54,933 bases of DNA, taken from the sequence record SRR22947725_4822; one strand, given 5' to 3'. Below, piece after piece: positions 28,691-38,600 of the stretch. The notes below the pieces were generated by a model that saw only the letters and a list, made by a program, of their open reading frames with translations, made no database searches and was not told the DNA's origin. Each line of letters begins with the position of its first letter. The first letter of the stretch is position 1. The position numbers and the translations under genes are program-made.

Positions 28691-29107
28691 CGTCTCATGG
28701 TCAGTCAAACTCTCAATGTCAGAGGCCACTTTCCTGGTTTTGACAAACTCCCTGTAGCGCTTTGCCTGGTATTGTTATTCTAACTGCCCACTATCAGGGG
28801 AGGGTTTTTTAGCGTATTCATGCCGAGCAAAATATTTACATAACCACTCCGGAACTACCGACAAGGCTGACGAGGTGAACCGGTTTCAGGTTTAGTGAAA
28901 ATGATTGGATGTTTGCGGAAACATTAAATAGTGAAATCCGATGTCCTACATGACGTGAATCATCCAACTTCATGCACAAATTGGTATGTCTAAATGAGGA
29001 GCACTCTCTAATTCAATATCTGCTGTCTTTCGTATACGATTTACAATACTTTTTAGAACCAAAAACAGAGATGAAAACCCTGCACAGACGCAAACTGCCT
29101 TCAAATG

Positions 29108-30277
29108 TTATTGATTGACCTTGAAACGGCCAAGGTGAATATGATTTGAGTCCGTCCAGCTTACCCACACATGGCCTCCACTAAAAATACTGCGAGGCAT
29201 GCCGCTGGAAAAACCAGCATCGATCTTGCAGAGGATTTCCTGGCGCCTGACGTTTCCATTCGGGGAAACCTCTGCCACGCGAAGAACAGTCTGCTTTTTC
29301 TCCTTCCCAATCCAAATGGTATAAATCGCGTCTTTGGTGCAGACAGTTGAACAGCGACCTATTGGAGCATTCTTGTCAAGCACGAGATCCTTCCTCAAAT
29401 CTGATTGCCCTTGTTTGTAAATTTGCAGAATTACCTGCGGTTTACCCTGTATGACCGTGAATCGACTTATTGCAACCAGATCGCCGCTGCTGGCGATACT
29501 GGCTCCATTGACCGGGCATCCGGGCATCAGCCAATTGTCCTCTGCAATTTTCTCAGGTGCAGACCAGCCTTGCTCAAGGTCGGTAACGAAGCTGAAATCT
29601 CGTATTTCCTCAGGTGAACGATCTCTGTAAACAACCATTGGGCCGTCAGTAAGTTGAATGGCAGACGTTGGACAACAGGTGCATACATTTTGATCCAGCG
29701 TGCGTTCTTCTTTAATTTCGTTTCCTTCAAGAATCGCCGTGTGCAGCGCCATTTTCCCATTTGGCTTGGTCATCTTTCGTCCATCCAGCCAGAAGGCGCG
29801 CACGTTTGCACCATCGGGGATAAGCGAAACAAAGCCATGTTCCGTCTCGCTTTCATCGTCATGCAGCCAGCCCATTGGGCTCCAGTTTTTACCGCGATCT
29901 GACGAGATCGTAATTCGGATACCGTAGGCATATTGTTTATGGCTGATCCGTTCAAGCCAGTGAGCATAAAGATCTCCGTTGGCTGCCTCGACAATGGACG
30001 GTATGTCCGCCCAGTTCGAAAACATTTTTTCAGACGCTGCAATCAGGTTTTTAATTTCAAAACCCGATCCGTTCCATTCAGTTAAAAAAAACCGCGATTT
30101 TTGTCCTTCGCTGCGATTGATCCATGAAAGAGCAAAATGATCTCCCATCAAACTAAGGTTGGGTGCCATGGCACCACTTCCAGCCGGTATTTCTATTTTC
30201 TTGAAATTCAGGCTATCAGCCCAAGACAATATTGCCGTGTTGGCCATTAATATTCCAATTCTGAGGAGGTATTTCAT
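29108..30277 (-). CDS. Exported BNR/sialidase-like beta-propeller protein with conserved Cys motifs
   Basis: Signal peptide, NWADIPS, Asp-box SSDRGKNWS, EHGF, WLDGR, VCTCCPTS, YRDR, DNW..GCPVNG. Confidence 0.8.
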   Translation of the reverse strand: MKYLLRIGILMANTAILSWADSLNFKKIEIPAGSGAMAPNLSLMGDHFALSWINRSEGQKSRFFLTEWNGSGFEIKNLIAASEKMFSNWADIPSIVEAANGDLYAHWLERISHKQYAYGIRITISSDRGKNWSPMGWLHDDESETEHGFVSLIPDGANVRAFWLDGRKMTKPNGKMALHTAILEGNEIKEERTLDQNVCTCCPTSAIQLTDGPMVVYRDRSPEEIRDFSFVTDLEQGWSAPEKIAEDNWLMPGCPVNGASIASSGDLVAISRFTVIQGKPQVILQIYKQGQSDLRKDLVLDKNAPIGRCSTVCTKDAIYTIWIGKEKKQTVLRVAEVSPNGNVRRQEILCKIDAGFSSGMPRSIFSGGHVWVSWTDSNHIHLGRFKVNQ

Positions 30278-30730
30278 TTCAGTTTAAATTTCAGGTAATA
30301 TGCGCAGCCGTCATCTGCGCTTTGCAATGTCACCGCATTGCATGCCAAAGAAAGACTAAATAGTAGATTATCTTTCCAGTCCTCGATGACTTTCCTTGAA
30401 TCCGTATGATTTGCTTTTCTATCTAATTGCACGGTAATAATTAAATATAATAAAATGGGATTTGCAGAGCATCATGCTTGCTTTGTTGTGCCCAAGTCGT
30501 TGGAGATTTCTTTTGGCAAGCTTTCTATGAAAGTAAATATGTTCATAATGCATATTTCACGTGATTTACAAATTTAAATTGTCTTGACCATAGCTTGTCT
30601 GGGGCATTAGCTAAAAGACAGACTTCGTCTCTTTCAGTGTGATATAGTGCTGCGGTCAGAGTCAATTCACTGACTTTTACGTTTTGTATCACCAGCAACC
30701 TTGAGTGACGAAGTGCATAAATACAAGACT

Positions 30731-33700
30731 ATGAATCGATTAACAAAAATACGACTGAAGACTACTTGTCTGGCGCTTTTGATGGCCATGACAGGTAGTA
30801 TTGCTCAAGCACAATTGAGCGATGTTACCCAACCGGGTGATACAATCGTTGCAACTTCGGATAACAGCCCAGGCTCTGAAGGAGTGACCAATGCGATCGA
30901 TAATGCAGATACAAAGTATCTCAACTTCGATATCAACGATACCGGACTTACGGTAACCCCATCTGTAGGGCTCACCGTTGTGAGTGGTCTAGCCCTGACG
31001 TCCGCTAATGACGGACCCGACCGTGATCCTACAACGTTCCTTTTGGAAGGTTCATATGACGGTGCTAATTTCATGGAAATAGCTTCTGGTGACGTGGCTG
31101 ATTTCCCTGAGAGGTTTTACACCAATCATCTATTTTTCGACAATGACACCCCCTATGCCACCTATCGCTTGATTTTCCCTACTGTGGATGACAGCACCTG
31201 TTGTATGCAGATCGCTGAAATCGAGTTCCTGGGTGTTCAGGCACCGGGAGATGTGACTCAACCCGGAGATGCTATTGTTGCCACCTCTGACAACAGCCCC
31301 GGTTCTGAAGGTGTGACAAACGCCATCGACAATGCCGATACCAAGTATCTGAACTTTGACATTTCTGATACTGGATTTGTGGTGACCCCATCCGTAGGGA
31401 TGACTGTCGTCAACGGTCTTTCTTTGAAATCGGCCAATGATGGTCCGGATCGTGACCCCACTACCTTTTCATTCGAAGGATCCTATGACGGTGTCAATTT
31501 CGCTGAAATCGCCTCTGGCGATGTGGCTGATTTCCCAACTCGTTTTCATACGAATTACTTGTTTTTCGACAACACGACTCCTTACCTCTCATACCGAGTG
31601 ATTTTCCCTACAGTGGATGACAGTACCTGCTGTATGCAGATCGCTGAAGTCGAGTTGCTGGGATCTCAAGCTCCTGGAGACGTTACTCAGCCTGGCGACA
31701 TCATAACAGCGACCTCTGACAATAGCCCGGGTTCTGAAGGTGTGACCAATGCGATCGACAATGCAGACACCAAGTATCTCAACTTTGATATCGTCAGTAC
31801 AGGTTTCACTGTAAGTCCGTCAGTAGGTTTGACCATTGTCAGCGGTCTTTCTTTGACTTCCGCTAATGACGGTCCTGACCGTGATCCAACTACATTCATG
31901 TTTGAGGGATCTTATGACGGTGTCAATTTTGCTGAAATTGCCTCGGGTGATGTCGCTGACTTCCCAACCCGTTTTCACAAGAACTACTTATACTTTGATA
32001 ATTCGGTTGCCTATTTAACCTATCGTTTGATTTTCCCTACGGTTGATGACAGTACTTGCTGCATGCAGATTGCCGAAGTCGAATTGCTGGGTGTTCAACT
32101 ACCCGGTGATGTCACGCAACCCGGTGATACCATCATCGCTAGTTCGGACAATAGCCCCGGATCAGAGGGTGTGACCAATGCCATTGATAACGCAGATACC
32201 AAGTATCTTAACTTTGATATTTCAGACACCGGTTTGACCGTTACTCCTTCAGTCGGATTGACAGAGGTCATCGGTATGTCCCTCAAATCGGCAAATGATG
32301 GTCCGGATCGTGACCCAACGACCTTCCTCCTTGAAGGTTCCAACGATGGTTCGGCCTTCATGGAAATTGCTTCAGGAGATGTTGCTGACTTCCCTGAAAG
32401 ATTTCATACCAATTACATCTTCTTTGAAAATTCCAATCCATATCAAACTTACCGCCTGACCTTCCCGACGGTTGACGGCAGTACCTGTTGTATGCAGATT
32501 GCTGAAATCGAGCTCTTTCCCAAACCGGGTGGTGCTTGCACAGACTTCAGCTTTGTTAGTTCTGGATTGATCACTCAACAGCCTTCAGACACACCAGCGC
32601 TTGCAGGTTCAACCGCGGAAATCCAAGTGACTCCTTCTGGTCCTTGGAATGTTCAATGGCTCAGAAAGCTTGTTGGAGAAGAAACTGCGGTTGCCATCGA
32701 TGGAGCAACCAGCCCTGTGCTGAGTATTCAGGATGTTTCAGCTGAAATGGACGGCACTGTCTATCAAGCATTGGTTTCAACACCCGGTTGTGAGGCTCAA
32801 CTGAGTCACGAAGTCGTTCTCAATATCTTTGAGCCTTCATCGGATGTCAGTGTTGGATTCACATTCCGTGGCAGTGGTGCGAATGGCGCTCCAACTGAAA
32901 TGTTGACAACTGATATTGCTGGATTCGTACCGCAAGCCTACTGGAATAACTTGAGTGGCGGATCTGGACAGGGAGTTACATACAATCTCGAAAGTGGCGC
33001 AGACGATGGTAGTGCAACTGACAGTAATAACGATGAGACTGAGATTGGTATTGAGTTTGCCACCAACGGTACTTGGGGAGCTGGCACTAGAACTTCCAAT
33101 GGAACAGGTCGCATGTTGAATGGTATCGTAAGAACTGATGCTGCTTCTCTTGATTTGGATGATAGTCCATCTGAAATCGTATTGTATGGGTTGCCCGCTG
33201 GCACTCATTCTTTGATTGTTTACACCGTTCAGGTACCTTTGGAATTCTACACCCTCGATCTTGAAGTAGAAGACTCTAATGGCACTCAGCGCAGGTATCT
33301 TCGTCCTGAAAACTCAGACGAATACAAACCATCTCCAAATTTCCGATTGGTTACTTCTGAAGAGTCTTCAGAAAGATCAGTTGGTAACATGGTTATTTTC
33401 AGAGGTTTGAGTCCTCAGAATGGCGAAGTCACCCTTCGATTTGCTGCGCCAGATGGTAATGGACAAGGCCCTGGTATCAATGGTCTACAAATTCTTTTGA
33501 ACAAGGATTTCGTGCCACCCCCAACCATCAATATGCATCCTGTTTCATCCAATGGCGTCAACGGTAGTGCCTTGGAACTAAGCATCGATGTATCGGGTGC
33601 TGATCAGATTCAGTGGCTCAAGGACGGTCAGGCCATTGCTGGCGCGACCGGTGCGAGTTACAGTATCGGATCCTTGACGGCAGGTGATGCTGGCGCCTAC

Positions 33701-34708
33701 AGCGTTTCTGCAAGTAACGAGGGTGGAAGTATCAGTAGTCAGGCAGCTGTGGTTGACGTTGTTAGTTCCAATAACATCTCAGAAGGTCTCGTTGCTTACT
33801 TCCCATTTGATGGCAATGCCGATAATGCGGTAGACGGTGGCAGTGATGGTGAAGCTCGTAACGGTGCTGGATTCGGATCAGGCCAAATTGGAGATGCACT
33901 TGAACTCGATGGTCAGGATGACTGGGTATTCGTTGCCGATTATACCAAACCAACAGACTCCATGACTGTTTCAGCATGGGTATTGCCTGAAGGTATTGAT
34001 TGGGGTCCAATCGTTCGTAACTGGGTAGACGAAGCTGGTGATGGCCGATTCGGTCAGTTCGTCCTCGATGCTCCGTTTCCTCTGGATGCATTTGAGCCAA
34101 GCCTTCGAGCCAGAATTGGTGTGGGTCCTAACGAACCTACTGCATCCACTGGAATCTCTGATTCAGATCGTGGATCATGGCATCACATCGCGATGTCTGC
34201 CAATGGTAGAGCCGTGACCCTGTATTGGGATGGTCAAGCTGTTGCCAGCCTGGACTACCTGAACAACATTAATGAGCCTCCATTCCCTTGGTTGGCGATT
34301 GGTGCGGATGTCGTTCTTCCAACCAATGAGGATGATGCCCTTGATTTTGCGGGTGATCCTGAAATTCAACAGGATTCGTATCCTTGGGCAGGTAGTATCG
34401 ATGATCTTGCCATCTGGAATCGTAGCTTGAGTGCTCCGGAACTGTTCTCGATCTTCGAGGCAGGTGGAGCAGGCAAAGCTGTGAGTGCTGCAAGTCCTGT
34501 TTTGGATGACTCTCCAGGTGTTGAGCCCTCTGTGGCAGAAATCGCTGGAATCAGTGTTTCCGAAGGTAACATTGTTATCGAATGGACTGGTTCACAGTTG
34601 CTTGAATCGGATTCAGTGACAGGGCCATTTACTCCAATCGGTGGAGCTACACCGCCTTCAACCAGCATCACCATAGAGGCTGGTAACAAGTTCATCATTG
34701 CTGAGTAA
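30731..34708 (+). CDS. Large acidic secreted/surface protein: 4x discoidin/CBM32-like repeat, Ig, PVC-type beta-sandwich, Ig, LamG, C-terminal tail domain
   Basis: Signal peptide ending AQA; SANDGPDRDP repeats; ITQQP..QW Ig; GLVAYFPFDG...IDDLAIWNRSL LamG; start ATG 30731 preferred over TTG 30701. Confidence 0.9.
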   Translation: MNRLTKIRLKTTCLALLMAMTGSIAQAQLSDVTQPGDTIVATSDNSPGSEGVTNAIDNADTKYLNFDINDTGLTVTPSVGLTVVSGLALTSANDGPDRDPTTFLLEGSYDGANFMEIASGDVADFPERFYTNHLFFDNDTPYATYRLIFPTVDDSTCCMQIAEIEFLGVQAPGDVTQPGDAIVATSDNSPGSEGVTNAIDNADTKYLNFDISDTGFVVTPSVGMTVVNGLSLKSANDGPDRDPTTFSFEGSYDGVNFAEIASGDVADFPTRFHTNYLFFDNTTPYLSYRVIFPTVDDSTCCMQIAEVELLGSQAPGDVTQPGDIITATSDNSPGSEGVTNAIDNADTKYLNFDIVSTGFTVSPSVGLTIVSGLSLTSANDGPDRDPTTFMFEGSYDGVNFAEIASGDVADFPTRFHKNYLYFDNSVAYLTYRLIFPTVDDSTCCMQIAEVELLGVQLPGDVTQPGDTIIASSDNSPGSEGVTNAIDNADTKYLNFDISDTGLTVTPSVGLTEVIGMSLKSANDGPDRDPTTFLLEGSNDGSAFMEIASGDVADFPERFHTNYIFFENSNPYQTYRLTFPTVDGSTCCMQIAEIELFPKPGGACTDFSFVSSGLITQQPSDTPALAGSTAEIQVTPSGPWNVQWLRKLVGEETAVAIDGATSPVLSIQDVSAEMDGTVYQALVSTPGCEAQLSHEVVLNIFEPSSDVSVGFTFRGSGANGAPTEMLTTDIAGFVPQAYWNNLSGGSGQGVTYNLESGADDGSATDSNNDETEIGIEFATNGTWGAGTRTSNGTGRMLNGIVRTDAASLDLDDSPSEIVLYGLPAGTHSLIVYTVQVPLEFYTLDLEVEDSNGTQRRYLRPENSDEYKPSPNFRLVTSEESSERSVGNMVIFRGLSPQNGEVTLRFAAPDGNGQGPGINGLQILLNKDFVPPPTINMHPVSSNGVNGSALELSIDVSGADQIQWLKDGQAIAGATGASYSIGSLTAGDAGAYSVSASNEGGSISSQAAVVDVVSSNNISEGLVAYFPFDGNADNAVDGGSDGEARNGAGFGSGQIGDALELDGQDDWVFVADYTKPTDSMTVSAWVLPEGIDWGPIVRNWVDEAGDGRFGQFVLDAPFPLDAFEPSLRARIGVGPNEPTASTGISDSDRGSWHHIAMSANGRAVTLYWDGQAVASLDYLNNINEPPFPWLAIGADVVLPTNEDDALDFAGDPEIQQDSYPWAGSIDDLAIWNRSLSAPELFSIFEAGGAGKAVSAASPVLDDSPGVEPSVAEIAGISVSEGNIVIEWTGSQLLESDSVTGPFTPIGGATPPSTSITIEAGNKFIIAE
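30821..32520 (+). repeat. Four tandem 429-bp (143-codon) intragenic repeats
   Basis: Units start at 30821, 31250, 31679 and 32108 (DVTQPGD...), exactly 429 bp apart. Confidence 0.97.
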
Positions 34709-34736
34709 TTTATTCGCAATCTGAGCAAATTTCACG

Positions 34737-34769
34737 CGGCGCCGAGTGTTGACTCGGCGCCGTTTTTTT
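34737..34769 (+). terminator. Rho-independent terminator
   Basis: CGGCGCCGAGT-GTTG-ACTCGGCGCCG perfect 11-bp stem followed by T7. Confidence 0.9.
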
Positions 34770-34797
34770 ATACCCTATATAGAGTCTTCGTATCGTA

Positions 34798-35595
34798 ATG
34801 CACTATTTTTACTTGATGCCGTTTTTACTGGTTTATTCAGCAGTCTATTGCGCTGCCGCGAGCCCATCTTTGAGCTGGGAGAACGACCACTTGAAAAAAA
34901 AGGTAGGTCATGCTGTTAAATCTGTGCGGTTTATTTTCCCTTTCTCCAATAAAACGAGCAAAACGGTCAGTATTGAAAGTATCGAAGCTTCATGCGGATG
35001 CACCCAAGCAAAGCCACCTGTGCTTCCTTGGCTCATCGAAGCTGGAACACAGCAGGAATTGGAGGTTTTTGTCAATGTGCAGGGCAAGACGGGTGTTTTT
35101 ACAAAGAGCCTTACTGTCGTATCATCCCTCGGTAAAAATGAACTGACCACAACGGTGGAAATTGACAATCCCGTCCTCCGCGAAATGAGCCCAGCTGAAA
35201 GAGAAAGAAATCTATTTCAATCCAAAAAGAATCGACAGGCTATTTTTACAGGTGAATGCGGCACTTGCCATGCTGAACCAACCAAGAACAAATACGGCCC
35301 ATCGCTTTATGAGGCCGCCTGTGGCATATGTCACGATGCCAGCCATCGGGCAAGCATGGTGCCTGACCTCAAAGGCAAGATTAAGTCCGAAAGTGCAGCA
35401 TACTGGCGGCAATGGATTACTCACGGAAAAGAAGGTGGCATTATGCCTGCATTTGCTGCCTCAGAAAAAGGTCCTCTTTCGGGTTCGCAGATTTCCACTC
35501 TTGTTCACTTTCTGGCCAAACCTGAACCCAAAACAAAAAAAAGAAAAGGTGTTATTCGGAGTTTCGGGACTCCGCGTTCTGGCATCAAAAAGTAA
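34798..35595 (+). CDS. Exported DUF1573 domain fused to diheme cytochrome c
   Basis: Signal peptide; F.FSN..IESIEASCGCT (DUF1573); CGTCH (35257-35271) and CGICH (35320-35334); MVPDL, MPAF. Confidence 0.85.
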   Translation: MHYFYLMPFLLVYSAVYCAAASPSLSWENDHLKKKVGHAVKSVRFIFPFSNKTSKTVSIESIEASCGCTQAKPPVLPWLIEAGTQQELEVFVNVQGKTGVFTKSLTVVSSLGKNELTTTVEIDNPVLREMSPAERERNLFQSKKNRQAIFTGECGTCHAEPTKNKYGPSLYEAACGICHDASHRASMVPDLKGKIKSESAAYWRQWITHGKEGGIMPAFAASEKGPLSGSQISTLVHFLAKPEPKTKKRKGVIRSFGTPRSGIKK

Positions 35596-35628
35596 ACGAG
35601 CCTCTGTGACCGTGTATCTTTATACCTC

Positions 35629-38600
35629 ATGTTGCAAAACTCAGAAATATCAAGGAAGCACAATTGTTTTAACCGATATCACTGGCTTGCTGCTTTCATG
35701 ATGAACGGGGCTTTCATTGTTATTTTGTTTTTTGTTGTTCACCTCAGTGCAGAAGCAGCAGAACCAAATAGTCTTAAAACTAAGTTGGTGGTGAAAGAAA
35801 GCACTGGAGTTGGATTTGAACAGGTATCGGCTTTGGCTGCCGGCATAGATTTCACAAATACATTGGGAGAACTCAAGGGGGCTTCCAATCGAGTTTTGTT
35901 CAATGGGGCAGGGGTTGCAGCAGGGGATGTGGATGGGAATGGACACCCTGATTTATTTTTCTGTGGATTGGATACTCCCAACCAATTGTATCTCAATTCA
36001 GGTAACTGGAAGTTTTCACCTAGCAGTATACCTGATTCGATGGCGTTGCCTGGTTTTCCCACTCGCGGTGCCGTGCTGGCTGACTTGAATGGTGATCAAT
36101 CGCTCGACTTGGTTATGACGACAGTCGGAGGTGGTCTTCGCTCGTTCATTAATGATGGTAAAGGTCGCTTCCTTGAAAACACAGTTGAAGCCGGGTTGGA
36201 AGGTCATAGTGGGGGATCCACCATTGCTATGGCAGATATTGACGGTAATGGCTCGATCGATCTTTACGTTGCCAATAACCGTTCTGACGATATTCGTGAT
36301 CGCGGTAGAGTCAACATGAGGCAAGTCAATGGACGTATCATTCCCCCTGATGAACTAAAGGATCGCCTCTTGATACACTCTGGTCAGATTCATGAGTATG
36401 GCGAACCAGATAACCTCTATATCAATGATGGTTCTGGAAAATTTTCCCGAGTTTCCTGGACTGATGGTCGATTTAGAACCTCAGGTAAAGCGTTGTCCGA
36501 AACACCACGCGACTGGGGTTTGACTGCCACATTCAGAGATATCAATGGGGATCATTCACCCGATATTTACGTTTGCAATGATTATTGGACCCCCGACAGG
36601 ATCTGGATCAATGATGGTTCGGGTTCGTTTGATGAATTGTCTGTGGAGCTTCTGAAGACTACTTCCGCCAGCTCCATGGGAGTTGATTTTGCTGATGTGG
36701 ATCTTGATGGTGATCTGGATGGATTCATCGTGGACATGCTCAGCAGAGATTTGCAGGTTAGAAAACGGCAGCAACCAGCTTTTAATCCATTATTCATGGA
36801 ATCCTCTTTGAGTGGCAATCGTCAGCAGGTGATGCACAATACACTGCTTCTTCAGAAATCAGATGGTTCATTTGCTGACGTAGCCTACTTCGCCGGTGTG
36901 GAAGCTTCCGACTGGTCCTGGTCACCTGTTTTCATGGATGTTGATTTGGATGGGTATGCTGACTTATTGATTTCTGCAGGCTACCCCCATGATGTTCAAG
37001 ATTTGGATGCCATTCAGTTGATACAGTCTAAACAGCATTCTTGGGATAGGTTTAAAGATCCTGCTGCGCTGCGAGAGGCTTTTGCCAAGGAGTTGATGGA
37101 GCATTATCGCCTTTATCCCGATCTTGATCTTCCTGTTGTCGCTTATCGAAATTCAGGCAATGGGAAGTTTGAAGATTCCACTGCCGTTTGGGGTACAGAC
37201 ATTCCCGGTATCCATCAGGGATTTGCCACTGCCGATCTGGATGGTGACGGTGATCTGGATCTCATCCTCAATTCACTGAATGCAACTCCTCTGCTTTTAA
37301 AAAACAATGCCTCAAGGCCAAGGATTAAACTACGCTTGCGTGGACAATCATTCAATACGCAGGCGATCGGCGCCAAAGTGTTTCTCAAACAGGAAAATGG
37401 TCCGGACTTGAGCTCGGAAGTGTTTGCTGGAGGACGTTATTTATGCGGCAGCGATACTGAAATTGTTTTTGCAGCAGGTGAAAAACAACAGGACCTGGCT
37501 ATCGAAATCCACTGGCCGCTAGGGGGCTTCTCTCGAATGGGTAATATTCAGCCCAATCACAGCTATGTTGTGGACGAACCGAAAAACAACACAACGATTT
37601 CAAAAAGAGGTTCAGAAGCAATCGAGACCATGGCAGTCCTTTTTGAGGATATATCTGAATCCCTGGCCTTAACATTCAATGAAGCAGACAGTAATGACTT
37701 CTCAAGGCAACCTCTTTTACCCTTTCAACTCAGTCACAGGGGTCCAGGTATTGCCATAGGTGATCTGAATCAGGATGGTTGGGATGATATTTGGATTGGA
37801 TCTGGTCGTGGAGGCCAACTTCGAACTTTCTTTGGCAATGGAGAGGACTCCCCGAGACTCGAGAAATGGCCTGTTCCATTACCCGATGATTCCATGGGGC
37901 TTTTGATGGGATACCTGATAGGGAAACCAGAACTGAATCTTATTGGTCTCGCAGGGTACGAACAAGTGGTTCCTTCAGGACTCGTAACCGGAAAAAGTGA
38001 CGGATTGGATTGGAAATCAGTAGACGCTTCCATTCCAGGTGCTGGCCCCATGGCACTCGGACCGCTTAATGGGCGTGGAGAGCTTTCACTCTTCCTGGCC
38101 GGTGGAATCAAACCAGGCCATTATCCGGCGGTTCACCCCTCCACTTTGATGGCCTTGCGTAATGGTCTCTTCACAACTGATAAAAGAAACAACACCCTGA
38201 TGGGCGGTTTGAGTATGGTGAAGGGTGTTGTCTGGAGTGATCTCAATAATGATGGTTTTCCCGAGTTAATTGTCGGAACTGAATGGGGCCCTGTCAGGGT
38301 TTTCGAAAACCGATCGGGTTCATTGTTTGATGTAACCGAGCCATGGGGGCTTGCTGGATTCAAGGGGTTATGGAATGGGATCGCAACGGCTGACCTGGAT
38401 GGCAATGGTTATCCTGATATCATAGCAGGAAACTGGGGGCTCAACAGCTCTTGGCGCGCAACTAACTCACATCCTTTTCGACTTTTTCATGGCACTTTTT
38501 CAAATCCCGCAGTGACCGATTTGATCGAAACCGAATACCAGTTTGATCTAGAAATGACTCCATCGCGGATGTTGGACGAACTTGGTTTAAGCTTGCCGTT

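Noticed and set aside
30805-32361. Four similar minus-strand ORFs (..VGSRSGPSLAD..) and a possible CRISPR-like periodicity
   Set aside because: Antisense shadows of the 429-bp coding repeats; no short repeat-spacer array or cas genes seen in the window
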